From positions 122,466-186,465 of IMG/VR virus record IMGVR_UViG_3300042691_041718: a DNA stretch of 64,000 bases. One strand, given 5' to 3'. The translations under genes were made by a program, and so were the position numbers. Source of the stretch: a virus. The notes beneath the pieces are model-generated. The model searched no databases and had not been told where the DNA came from. It saw nothing but the letters and a program-made list of their open reading frames with translations. Within the stretch, counting starts at the first letter, position 1, and each line of letters starts with the position of its first letter. Shown here one piece after another: positions 29,481-39,116 of the stretch.

Positions 29481-30358
29481 TAGAATTTTCTACCCAATGA
29501 CCAACCATCATTTAAGTATAGATCTAATTGGTCCAAACTAACTTGTTTTGATTTTTTTAATATATCATTCTTAATCCACTTGGTGTTTAATTGGTTATTT
29601 GTTTTTTCTTTTGGGCGACCTAGGTAAAATCCATTTTGTAAATAGGTTGATAGGTCGTCTTTAGATACAGCTATAGTTTTCCCATCTTCTATATTAGTAA
29701 CAAATGTTCTGTTATACATTGGATTTTTCCCACCACCTTTTGGAATTTTCTTAAATTTTTCTCTTGTCTCTTCGCTTATTACTCGATCCTTTGTTATATG
29801 CTTGTATTCACCATTTAAGAATTTTGGGTCATTTACTGAAACCCATTTTTTAATTCCATTTTTGTCAATTATTAAAGTCTTTCCTTTAATTTTTGAGAAT
29901 ATCTCACCTGATATAATTCTTGGATCGTCTTTTTTAACGCGATAATTATTACCATCTGAGTCAACTGCCATTATAAAGTCACTCAATGTTGATTTTAATT
30001 TACCAGATATAAAATCTGGATCATCTTTTGAAACTCTAAATCTTTTACCAATCTCATTTTCTACTAAAATAGAACCATTATTTGGTCTCCACCCACCACC
30101 TAGTATAATATTATATGTGTCTTTTCGTTCTATGAATTCCCTATTAACAATTTTCTTTTCCATTAATATCATGTCATCTCTATTATCAAAAATGTATAAT
30201 ACCTCTTTTGTGAAATTTTCTCGTCCATATAACTTTAAGTCTAATTTTAAATTTTTACCGGATCCCATATAGGAATCGTTTATATCATAGGTCTTATGTA
30301 TTCCCACATAAATTTTACCATTCAATATATTTTTTATTTTATATACAATATAATACAT
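29477..30358 (-). mobile_element. GIY-YIG (Seg-like) homing endonuclease
   Basis: YYIVYKIKNILNGKIYVGIH...YMGSG...YNIILGG; the ATG at 30358 is preferred over TTG at 30364. Confidence 0.85.
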
Positions 30359-30473
30359 TTTCAAATATACTTTTTATTGTATATATAAAATAGTCTTAGG
30401 TCTCCGAACCTACTTATGGATAAAAAAAGTAAATTGAGTTCTTAATATATACATTAAGAATTTTTTTTATTTT

Positions 30474-30938
30474 ATGAAACATATTAAATTATTTGAAGCA
30501 TTTAAAGGTAGACCTTATATAGACAGAAGAGCTATGGCTGCTAGAAAACCTGTTGAGATTGGCTATTTAAAACAACCAGTTGAGATTAGAGTTGAGATTG
30601 AAAAACCAACACACACATCAGATCGTCAATGGAGACATGGTGTGGATGATAAGATAACAGATGATGATATAGTAGAAACTATTGAAAAGGCTATTGAGCA
30701 ACTTACTATTGATTTAATGCAGGATGAATTTGATATCTATCAAAATGAGGATGATTATCCAACAAGAGGTGTTAAAGCTGGTGATTTTAATAGATTTGTT
30801 ATAAAAAACAAAGAGAATAACTTAAATATTGTTTGTATTCTTCAACCAGGAGAATGGGAATTTACATTAACTATAATAACTATAATGACTAAACCGAATT
30901 TCACAACATATCCAGGTCAGCATGTTATTGTGGTTTAA
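30474..30938 (+). CDS. hypothetical protein with a capsid-targeting-like N-terminus
   Basis: MKHIKLFEAF start; TAATATATAC upstream. Confidence 0.7.
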   Translation: MKHIKLFEAFKGRPYIDRRAMAARKPVEIGYLKQPVEIRVEIEKPTHTSDRQWRHGVDDKITDDDIVETIEKAIEQLTIDLMQDEFDIYQNEDDYPTRGVKAGDFNRFVIKNKENNLNIVCILQPGEWEFTLTIITIMTKPNFTTYPGQHVIVV

Positions 30939-31288
30939 TCTAGTAAATCTCTAAGTATTCTATCTCTTTTTTGTCTTTTTGATTCTTTACCGGATTCAAT
31001 AATTTCAACTTCAATATATGAATTATTAGTTGGTGTGAAATTACTACGCTCCCACTTACCAAACTTACCAACTAATAAAGATTTTTTATATTTAACACCA
31101 CATTTTTGACATTGACAAAATACATCTTTCCAGACTTTACCATTAAATCTATCATAGAAGTATGATGTTTCATCTTCTACAAACCACTTCATATCCCAAC
31201 CTCTCATTTGATGACGACAAAATAATATTTTAATAGACTTTTTAATTTCTATTAAGGATGATTTTATAATTTCTATTGTACTAATCAT
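30935..31288 (-). CDS. hypothetical protein (CxH...CxxC) with a C-terminal RD motif
   Basis: FCRHQ...CQCQKCG; ends KRDRILRDLLD. Confidence 0.65.
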   Translation of the reverse strand: MISTIEIIKSSLIEIKKSIKILFCRHQMRGWDMKWFVEDETSYFYDRFNGKVWKDVFCQCQKCGVKYKKSLLVGKFGKWERSNFTPTNNSYIEVEIIESGKESKRQKRDRILRDLLD

Positions 31289-31667
31289 TTATTTGAAGCC
31301 ACATCCCATCAGTTAGTAATTGATACTTACCAATGAATACATATTTATTTTTCCATTCTTCTGGTGATATAATAGATAAAAATTCATATTCACCATTCGA
31401 ATAAAGATAATAATTATTTCCAACAATTGGTTGAAAGTTATACTTAGATTTATAAATACGTTCATTTAAATTTATACTATTCATCAAATCTTCATATTGA
31501 GATTTAATTTCGTTAAATCTTTGAGTATAATGATGTTTTAATCTATTGGATTTATCAAGTTTAAACAACTCAATATTATCGGGTTCAAATGGTTGTGAAC
31601 CAATTTCAGTTGGATATGCTTTAGAATACCTATCAGGTACATAACTATCGGGTAACTTTTTTTCCAT
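31281..31667 (-). CDS. DUF2452-like protein
   Basis: AYPTEIGS..F.P...N.RIY.SKYNFQPIVG..YYLY...LS.I.PEEW. Confidence 0.7.
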   Translation of the reverse strand: MEKKLPDSYVPDRYSKAYPTEIGSQPFEPDNIELFKLDKSNRLKHHYTQRFNEIKSQYEDLMNSINLNERIYKSKYNFQPIVGNNYYLYSNGEYEFLSIISPEEWKNKYVFIGKYQLLTDGMWLQIND

Positions 31668-31678
31668 AAATTTTATAT

Positions 31679-31710
31679 AAAAAAACCTCTGAAAGTTTCA
31701 GAGGTTTTTT
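31679..31710. terminator. intrinsic terminator after the S1-like gene
   Basis: AAAAACCTCTGAA-AGT-TTCAGAGGTTTTT. Confidence 0.85.
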
Positions 31711-31728
31711 AAAGAGTTTTAAATAATC

Positions 31729-32841
31729 TTAAGCTAATGTTAAGAATATTTTTCTACTTGAACGATCAACAGATAAAACTTTTACGTTTAAATCTTGACC
31801 AACATTGAATTTCTTATTCAATTTCTCCATTTCTGAAGTGTGAATTAATCCAACTGTCTCATCATCAAGATTAATTAAAGTACCAAATTGTTTAGTATCT
31901 TTAACAGAACCTTTTAATGTTTGACCATTTTTGATAGTGTCCCAAAGAGTTTCTCTTAAAATCTGAGTTAAGATGATTTTATCTCTTGTAGGGTCTCCTT
32001 TAGCATCTTTAACGATCTCTTTGATATAAAAATCAATTTCAAAACCAGGTTTAATATCGTTAAGTTTTTCTTGCCAGTCTGGGTGTACATTTGCTTTGTG
32101 AATCATACCAGTTAAACACTCGTTAAATTCAACAAACACACCAAATGGAGCTGTTCCTGTAACGTTTCCTGTGTAAACAGTTTCGTTATTAAGTTCTTTA
32201 ATAGCTGCTGGGATAAGTGATTGTAAGAATTTTCTTCTACTAACAATATAAGTACCTTCATGGTCTGAGTAAGACTCAATTGCTACTTCAAATGTTTCAC
32301 CAACAATAGAATTTGGATCAAATAATTTGTTGATACCAGCCAACGTATTTGGCATAAATCCAGGAAGAGTAACACCACCGTGGAATACATCAACATCATA
32401 TCCCGCTGGATTAAGTGATTTAATATAGGCTGTTACCGATTCTCCTTCCTCAAGAGATTTCAAGTTAGCGTGAGCTCTTGACTCGTATAAGTTCGCGATA
32501 GATCCTTTGATCATGAAGTTTTTATCACTAATATCATAGATTAAGACATCAACTACATCACCAAATTCAGCATTTTTAAGGTATTTTTCTTCATTACCCT
32601 TGTTATCAATTCTGATGAAGTCTTTATAACCAGAAACTTCAAATAAAAATTGTTCTGATGTTTTACCAACATAAACTGCTGATACCACAGAATTCTTTTT
32701 AGGTACATTAATTTCAATAGAATCGTAAAGTGCTGATAATTTACTGTCTATTTTTCTGTTTTTGTTTTTTCTTGGTGAAAACGTATTGTCTTCGAAGAGA
32801 TAATCTAACTCTTCATTACCGATTTTGTTTATCATATTCAT
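31729..32841 (-). CDS. rpsA: phage-encoded ribosomal protein S1-like protein (four S1/OB domains)
   Basis: GFMP..L, TYIVSRRKFL, GNVTGTAPFGVFVEF...GMIHK, GSVKDTKQFGTLI...GLIHTSE...VKVLSVDRSSRKIFLTL. Confidence 0.8.
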   Translation of the reverse strand: MNMINKIGNEELDYLFEDNTFSPRKNKNRKIDSKLSALYDSIEINVPKKNSVVSAVYVGKTSEQFLFEVSGYKDFIRIDNKGNEEKYLKNAEFGDVVDVLIYDISDKNFMIKGSIANLYESRAHANLKSLEEGESVTAYIKSLNPAGYDVDVFHGGVTLPGFMPNTLAGINKLFDPNSIVGETFEVAIESYSDHEGTYIVSRRKFLQSLIPAAIKELNNETVYTGNVTGTAPFGVFVEFNECLTGMIHKANVHPDWQEKLNDIKPGFEIDFYIKEIVKDAKGDPTRDKIILTQILRETLWDTIKNGQTLKGSVKDTKQFGTLINLDDETVGLIHTSEMEKLNKKFNVGQDLNVKVLSVDRSSRKIFLTLA

Positions 32842-32900
32842 AAATTTAAAAGTTACTAACTAATGATTATATTGACTAACTTATATAAAAGTTTAAAAAA

Positions 32901-33287
32901 TTATTTTATTCTTTTAATATTATTTTTAATCATATAATCTCTCAATCTCGCAGCATCTTCGTATCTCTCTTCATTTATAAGAGTTTCTAACTTTTCATTA
33001 AGTGCTGCTGCAATTTCTTCCGGATTCTTAGAATTACCAATTCTTTTAATATCATCTGTTAATGAATTAAAATATTTGTTCATTTGATTTATATCCAAAA
33101 AAAGATTTTTTTGTTTAGGATCATTTGAATCTATAAGTTCTTTTAAAGAAGAGCTATTCATTACTTTTTTAATAAAATCCTCTGTTAAAGCAGAATTCTC
33201 TATTAAATATTTAGCTAAATGAAAAGGTCTATTTTTGAACATCTTTAATAAGATTACAAAATTTCTATATAAATCTTCATTTTCCAT
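32901..33287 (-). CDS. UVR (UvrB/C coiled-coil) domain protein
   Basis: C-terminal LETLINEERYEDAARLRD. Confidence 0.75.
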   Translation of the reverse strand: MENEDLYRNFVILLKMFKNRPFHLAKYLIENSALTEDFIKKVMNSSSLKELIDSNDPKQKNLFLDINQMNKYFNSLTDDIKRIGNSKNPEEIAAALNEKLETLINEERYEDAARLRDYMIKNNIKRIK

Positions 33288-33321
33288 ACTTAAATATTAT
33301 ATTTTGGGTACTTAGTAAGTT

Positions 33322-34011
33322 TTATATTTTAGTGAATAATAAATTAAAATAGTAGTTAAAGTTATATAGTGTACTAGGTACTTCTTGATTAAAGAATAAT
33401 TTTATTGATGTTCCGTCGAATTTAGTTTCAGTTTGAAGTTTCTTCATTTGAAATTCGGGTTTGAACGCTGATGAATTCCAATTATTTTTAAATCTAAGTA
33501 GATTTTGACTTCTCAAATCTTTATTCTCAACATATAAGTCAACTCTATTGATCTTGTATCTATCAAGTACATTATTATTTATGTAATTTTTAAGAGATGA
33601 ATTAACATCATTATTCAATGTCATATTATTTTTAATGCCTTCAAAAGTTCTCCATCTCTTCATTTCTGCAAAAATATAATCTATTAAAATATTTCTTAAA
33701 TCAATAGTTATGATCCAACGGGTTGCATTATCTCTAGTATATGTAGATTGAGTTTGATCTAGCTCCAATAAGTGATAATTTTTTTTTGAAGTTGATGAAG
33801 AGTAGATGTTTGAATCCAATATTTGTTCTGATGATAAGTCAATCTGCTCACCATTTGAGTTTTGAAAATAGATAATATCTTGTACATCAATATAGATTGA
33901 GTCTTCTATTTCAAGCATTTTGGATCCAAAGAAATTACTTTCTTCAACCATATTAAGACTACCATTTATATCTTTGTGTGTAAACTCAGGACTTATGTAA
34001 CTTCTTCTCAT
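33322..34011 (-). CDS. hypothetical, probably structural protein
   Basis: 229-aa ORF, last of a co-oriented block of large genes. Confidence 0.7.
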   Translation of the reverse strand: MRRSYISPEFTHKDINGSLNMVEESNFFGSKMLEIEDSIYIDVQDIIYFQNSNGEQIDLSSEQILDSNIYSSSTSKKNYHLLELDQTQSTYTRDNATRWIITIDLRNILIDYIFAEMKRWRTFEGIKNNMTLNNDVNSSLKNYINNNVLDRYKINRVDLYVENKDLRSQNLLRFKNNWNSSAFKPEFQMKKLQTETKFDGTSIKLFFNQEVPSTLYNFNYYFNLLFTKI

Positions 34012-34487
34012 ATATAATCATTTCTATTTATATTAAAACTTCTAATTGGTCTACCAATATCAATAGTTTCGGTTGGGATAATACCAGTATTTATTTCAAA
34101 ATTATCTCTCCAATCTATTAAAACTCTCTCATAATTATTTCTATTTTTATTATAGAATTTTAGATTACTTAAATCATAAGTATATGATGGATTCGTAGAT
34201 TCAAATGTTTCTAAATGATATTCATAATCCCAAGTAGATTTAAATATAAAAAAATCAGTTACTGAATATCCAAATTCATCTAACATTGGATAAATTGATT
34301 TAATATCCTTATCATCTTTTAATTTTAAAACACTCTGTATTCTATTTATTTTTCTAAATTTTCTTTCTTTTACAACACCAAATGCTGTTAGATCTGTATC
34401 AAAAGAATAATTACCATAAATAGGGTTATAGTAAGAGTTTTCTTTTTTTAAATAATTACTTTGACTGAAAAAAACAGGTGCTGACAT
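34008..34487 (-). CDS. hypothetical, probably structural protein
   Basis: 159-aa ORF; AAATATATA 4 nt upstream of the ATG. Confidence 0.7.
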   Translation of the reverse strand: MSAPVFFSQSNYLKKENSYYNPIYGNYSFDTDLTAFGVVKERKFRKINRIQSVLKLKDDKDIKSIYPMLDEFGYSVTDFFIFKSTWDYEYHLETFESTNPSYTYDLSNLKFYNKNRNNYERVLIDWRDNFEINTGIIPTETIDIGRPIRSFNINRNDYI

Positions 34488-34503
34488 AATCTATATATTT
34501 ATT

Positions 34504-37500
34504 TTAAAAGAACTCATAATAAAAAGTACTATCAACTGTTGTTGTTTCAGTATTTGAGTTTATTGTATATATTGACTTAGAAGAAGTTATACCATAAAAA
34601 TCTTTGGTATAAATCTCAAAGTAAATCTTAGTATCATTACTATTTTGAGCAAATGTTTTATCAGCTGTATAAGTAACAGTACTAGTAAATGATGATAATG
34701 CTGAGCTATAAGTACCAGATTTGTAACCAAAAGCATACTCGTATGGTGGATGACCAGAAGTTGCTGATAAAACAAAAGTAATATTTGAATCGGAATAACT
34801 ATTTGAAATATCAAATAACAAAGTAGGAACCGTTTGTTTTGCTGAAATCTTCAAATTCCCAAATGATGACTTATATTTAACTGATAAAACATCATAATTC
34901 TGATTAGTAGTATTATCAATATAACTATCATCTTTTTTTAGAACTTCAAATATAAATCCAGCTCCTGAAAAAAGACTTTGGTTATACAAAATATTCATAA
35001 TATCATTATAATATGAATTAGCTTTAATATTATAGTTTTGTTCAACAATAGTTCCGTCTTTTTCAAATGTAAATGTAAACTCATCATCTATTTCAGTATA
35101 GAATATGAATTGTATCTCATTATAATTTGTACTATTATCCTTCTTAAACAACTCAATATCATAAAATAGTGGCATATAATTACCACTAAATCTATAAACA
35201 TAACTATTAACTTGATTTCTAATACCGTGCATAAAAGATAATACCGGTGTCTCACTCAAATTCTCTACTATTGTCGTTGCAACTGGTGTTTGATTATAGT
35301 AATTTAAATTATATAAATTATCTATAAATCCATTATTTAAATTCTTTTTTGATTTTAACTTTTCGACATTTATAGGATATTTTAATAAAGAATTCATTTT
35401 AAAATAAGTTGATCTTGGTTTATCAGCAAATATAATTAATGGTAACTGTTCAATATTATTATAGTCATATTCCTTAATATTTAAATTCTCATCAATAACA
35501 ATATATTTAACATAGTCGGTAAAATCATATTTATTTGTTAAATTATTTATAGAATCTATAAAGTTTTTAGCAGATAATTTAGAATAGATAGATTTATAAA
35601 GATCATCTCTATCAGTATTTTCTAAATTTGATAGTGTATTATCATTTACAACAATATTTACTAAAACATTTTTCCATTTTTTATTAACATAAATTCTGAT
35701 ACCATTTTCTAATGTACTTTTATTTGGATTTGACTTAATTTTATATATTTCATCATTCATTATTATATAAGGATTTGATGAGGTTCCATAAACAAAATTA
35801 GTATCAGGTTCCATACTATAAACTCTTTTCCAATATAGAGATATACCAGGCTCTTCATTATTTTTAATAAATTGATTTTCTGGATTTGAAAAAGTACCAA
35901 CAAAAACAATATCATCATGAACAACATATGAGTTATAATCATATACTGTTCCTGGATTCCAAACTGATATTTTTAACCATTTAGGATTTATAGATGTTGG
36001 AAGAGATTCAATTTTCTTCCAATTTGTTGTCCAGGTCATACCACTTTTAGAGACCGGACTTATAAAATCTTCATTTATCTCATATTCAAAATATTGATTT
36101 GAATAGACTCTTATTTCTTGATTAAAATCAGGTTTTTGAAAGTTATAGTCAATTAATGATTCATAATAATCACCCTTATAAATAACAATAGAACCTTTGT
36201 TGTATCCATTTAAAGTACCATATTGTGTTTTTTGTTCATCACCAACAAAATCATTAGCATGACTACCAGTTCCACCAAATAGTAAACTCTTATAAGGATT
36301 CCAAAAGTCAACACTTGAGAATGTATTTGAATTTATTATATACCACTCACCACTATTATAAATAATTGTATTGTCAGTATATTTAGAAACTCCATTAACA
36401 TCGGGACTTAATCCAGATAATAAAGATCTATAAGGATTCCAAAATGGGGAATTTTCATTTGAATAATATGACCAATATTGATCTCTTTTTGAATCGGTTA
36501 AAATATTAGTTACTTTAACACCATTTGTATTTATTAAAGTTGAGTAAGGACTAGATTTAATATTTACACTACCAGAAGTTTGTAATGTAGAATATCTATA
36601 TGTATAAGATGGTTCATTTATTTGATTATAACCCAAAGATTGATATAATATATCATCATAAATGACTATCGATCCGGTAGCATAAGCTTTTTCCATTTCC
36701 CAATTCTCTATAATATCCCACTCCATGTTATTACTATCCGAAGTTAGTAAAATACTAAATTTATAGTCTTCATAATTATTTGTATTTCTAGTATTTATAA
36801 CATCAATATTACCGTCATTATTCTTTTTGATATCCTGAACATCATATAAACTAAATTTAATACCCTTGAATAAAGTTGAGTTTGGATAATCTTCACTACC
36901 TCTATTAAATAAAGAATACTTAACAACATTTTTCTTTAACGTATTATTTAAGAATGATGTTTTTCTTTCAAAAAACCACTTAAAGTAATCAAAATTGTAT
37001 AGATTTACAGAATTTGTACCAGTTACATACGTATCTTTTCCTAAATATTTATCAAAATCAAAAAAGAAATTTAAATCAATACCATTATTATTATTGTTCT
37101 CAACATGTAATGTATGATGTAGATAAGAAAAGGTAGATGAATTTATTGTATAAAAATAATCTAATGTTCTTTCACTTCTAATTAAGTCAGCATCATAAGT
37201 ATTTGCAGTTCTATTAAATCTTTCAAATAATTTAGAATTATTTAATAGATATGGATAGTCATTAGCTGATAATGAGTTATTGTAAACCCATCTACAATAT
37301 ACAGAGTTTTTTCGCCAAAGAGGTGTTAAGTCATTGTCTTGTATTTTAAATGTCTCATGATTAGCCGTATATTCAGATGAGATTGGTATATTCTCAGTTT
37401 CATTTTTATACACAAAGTCTTCTGGAGAAGCCGGACTCTCGTTTAGATTGATAAAATACATTTTTGTTTCATCAGTGTTTGTGATCTCATCTCTCTTCTC

Positions 37501-39099
37501 ATACTCAAATTTAGAATATTCAGTATCAACAATCCTATCATCAAAATCTTTAATATCAGTAAAATTAAGTCTATAAATATTAAACTTTTTAGGAGTTTCT
37601 CCTATATTTAATATAAAACTAACTTCTTTAGTATAAGAAGGATCGTTTTTATTAATCCAATAAGTATAAGTATTTTCTTTAAAATTAAATTCATAATCAG
37701 TATTCAATTTTAAATAACCATCTTCTTTTATTATATTATGATAAACCCCATCAATTTCTATAATCCAAACATCTGCTAGTTCAAAATCATCTATTTCTAT
37801 CTTATTACCACTATAATCAACTATTCTTTTGTTGGAATCAATTATAGCAGTATTTTTATTTAGTAAATTTTCTTTTCCCGATAGATCCACTGAAGATATT
37901 ATTCTCCACTTATCAACAATTGGTGTAATTATTTCATCGGTGAATAAATTTCTCGAAACTGGAATTGAATTAACTGTTCTACCAAATAAGCCTGATCCAC
38001 GTGATCCAACTTTTGGTAAAAATCTAAAGTTTAAAGGAATTCTAACTCTAGAGTTAAAAAGACTATATCTAATATCTTGTGTAAATTTTTCAACTTTATA
38101 GTATTGACCTAAATACTCAATGTAATATTCTTTATTGGAATCCCATCCATCTATAAAAGGTGATAGGTTATCAACACTTTCTAAAACATTACCAATTAAT
38201 ACTTTAACTCCGTTTTTTAATTTTGGTGTAGAATATGGAGAAATAGTTTTAACTAAATCCATTCCATTTAAATAAAATCCATAGTATCTATTAATAGACC
38301 ATTTTCTCAATAAATCACCAGTCGCTGGGGTATCATCAAATAAGAATGAAAAGTTCAATATATTAGGAAATATAGTACCTGATTCTTTATAGTTATCAAA
38401 TACGAATTTTTCAAATTCAAAAATCTCATTTTCCTTTTCTAAAAAATCATCTAAAAACAAAGATCTAGTTGTATATCCACCAGATTTATAATCTATACCA
38501 TTCCACTCACTGAATTCAAGTCTATCAAAACTCATTTCAAATGGAGATTCAGGAAAAAAATCGTTATCAACAAAGTTATTATTTAACCACTCTCCTAAAT
38601 TTGTCTTTTTACTAAAGTCAAATAATTTAACAGTTTTAAATTTATTAATAATTTCTCTTTTAAAATTAAATCTATCTAAGTCTAAAAGACCAGGACCATC
38701 AACTCTAAATATTATAAATCCATTTGGTAATTTATCTTTTATTAAATAAAGTGGTGCAAAATACTCAAACTCTTCTGAGTAATTTTTATTATCTATAATA
38801 TTTCTGGCGCCATATTGATATATCTCATCGTATTGATTGGAAAAATCATTACTCATTGTGCTATTATCATTATCATATTTAATAGAGTATGCTATTTGAG
38901 ATGGTAAATCTTTCCATAAATATGGAACTAATTCATCATAATAATTATTCTTATTAAATGATAATTTTTTATATTTAGAATTTTTCAATTCTGGAACAGA
39001 ATCAATACTATCTAATGAAAGATTATATTGACTATCAACCATTATTTTAACATTTGTTGTTAAACCCACATTTGTTCTTAAAATACCAAAACTCTTCAT
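34504..39099 (-). CDS. large hypothetical virion structural protein (1531 aa)
   Basis: Long Asn/Tyr-rich ORF with W...Y..G.IV.Y repeats (WEMEKAYATGSIVIY, WNPGTVYDYNSYVVH) resembling carbohydrate-binding repeats. Confidence 0.7.
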   Translation of the reverse strand: MKSFGILRTNVGLTTNVKIMVDSQYNLSLDSIDSVPELKNSKYKKLSFNKNNYYDELVPYLWKDLPSQIAYSIKYDNDNSTMSNDFSNQYDEIYQYGARNIIDNKNYSEEFEYFAPLYLIKDKLPNGFIIFRVDGPGLLDLDRFNFKREIINKFKTVKLFDFSKKTNLGEWLNNNFVDNDFFPESPFEMSFDRLEFSEWNGIDYKSGGYTTRSLFLDDFLEKENEIFEFEKFVFDNYKESGTIFPNILNFSFLFDDTPATGDLLRKWSINRYYGFYLNGMDLVKTISPYSTPKLKNGVKVLIGNVLESVDNLSPFIDGWDSNKEYYIEYLGQYYKVEKFTQDIRYSLFNSRVRIPLNFRFLPKVGSRGSGLFGRTVNSIPVSRNLFTDEIITPIVDKWRIISSVDLSGKENLLNKNTAIIDSNKRIVDYSGNKIEIDDFELADVWIIEIDGVYHNIIKEDGYLKLNTDYEFNFKENTYTYWINKNDPSYTKEVSFILNIGETPKKFNIYRLNFTDIKDFDDRIVDTEYSKFEYEKRDEITNTDETKMYFINLNESPASPEDFVYKNETENIPISSEYTANHETFKIQDNDLTPLWRKNSVYCRWVYNNSLSANDYPYLLNNSKLFERFNRTANTYDADLIRSERTLDYFYTINSSTFSYLHHTLHVENNNNNGIDLNFFFDFDKYLGKDTYVTGTNSVNLYNFDYFKWFFERKTSFLNNTLKKNVVKYSLFNRGSEDYPNSTLFKGIKFSLYDVQDIKKNNDGNIDVINTRNTNNYEDYKFSILLTSDSNNMEWDIIENWEMEKAYATGSIVIYDDILYQSLGYNQINEPSYTYRYSTLQTSGSVNIKSSPYSTLINTNGVKVTNILTDSKRDQYWSYYSNENSPFWNPYRSLLSGLSPDVNGVSKYTDNTIIYNSGEWYIINSNTFSSVDFWNPYKSLLFGGTGSHANDFVGDEQKTQYGTLNGYNKGSIVIYKGDYYESLIDYNFQKPDFNQEIRVYSNQYFEYEINEDFISPVSKSGMTWTTNWKKIESLPTSINPKWLKISVWNPGTVYDYNSYVVHDDIVFVGTFSNPENQFIKNNEEPGISLYWKRVYSMEPDTNFVYGTSSNPYIIMNDEIYKIKSNPNKSTLENGIRIYVNKKWKNVLVNIVVNDNTLSNLENTDRDDLYKSIYSKLSAKNFIDSINNLTNKYDFTDYVKYIVIDENLNIKEYDYNNIEQLPLIIFADKPRSTYFKMNSLLKYPINVEKLKSKKNLNNGFIDNLYNLNYYNQTPVATTIVENLSETPVLSFMHGIRNQVNSYVYRFSGNYMPLFYDIELFKKDNSTNYNEIQFIFYTEIDDEFTFTFEKDGTIVEQNYNIKANSYYNDIMNILYNQSLFSGAGFIFEVLKKDDSYIDNTTNQNYDVLSVKYKSSFGNLKISAKQTVPTLLFDISNSYSDSNITFVLSATSGHPPYEYAFGYKSGTYSSALSSFTSTVTYTADKTFAQNSNDTKIYFEIYTKDFYGITSSKSIYTINSNTETTTVDSTFYYEFF

Positions 39100-39116
39100 T
39101 TATTATAAATTTTTTA

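Noticed and set aside
34008-34520. Frameshift or readthrough joining 34504-39099 to 34008-34487
   Set aside because: The 16-nt gap is out of frame, has no slippery site, and contains its own AAATATATA-N4-ATG signal, so a separate gene is more likely. Homologue comparison would settle it.
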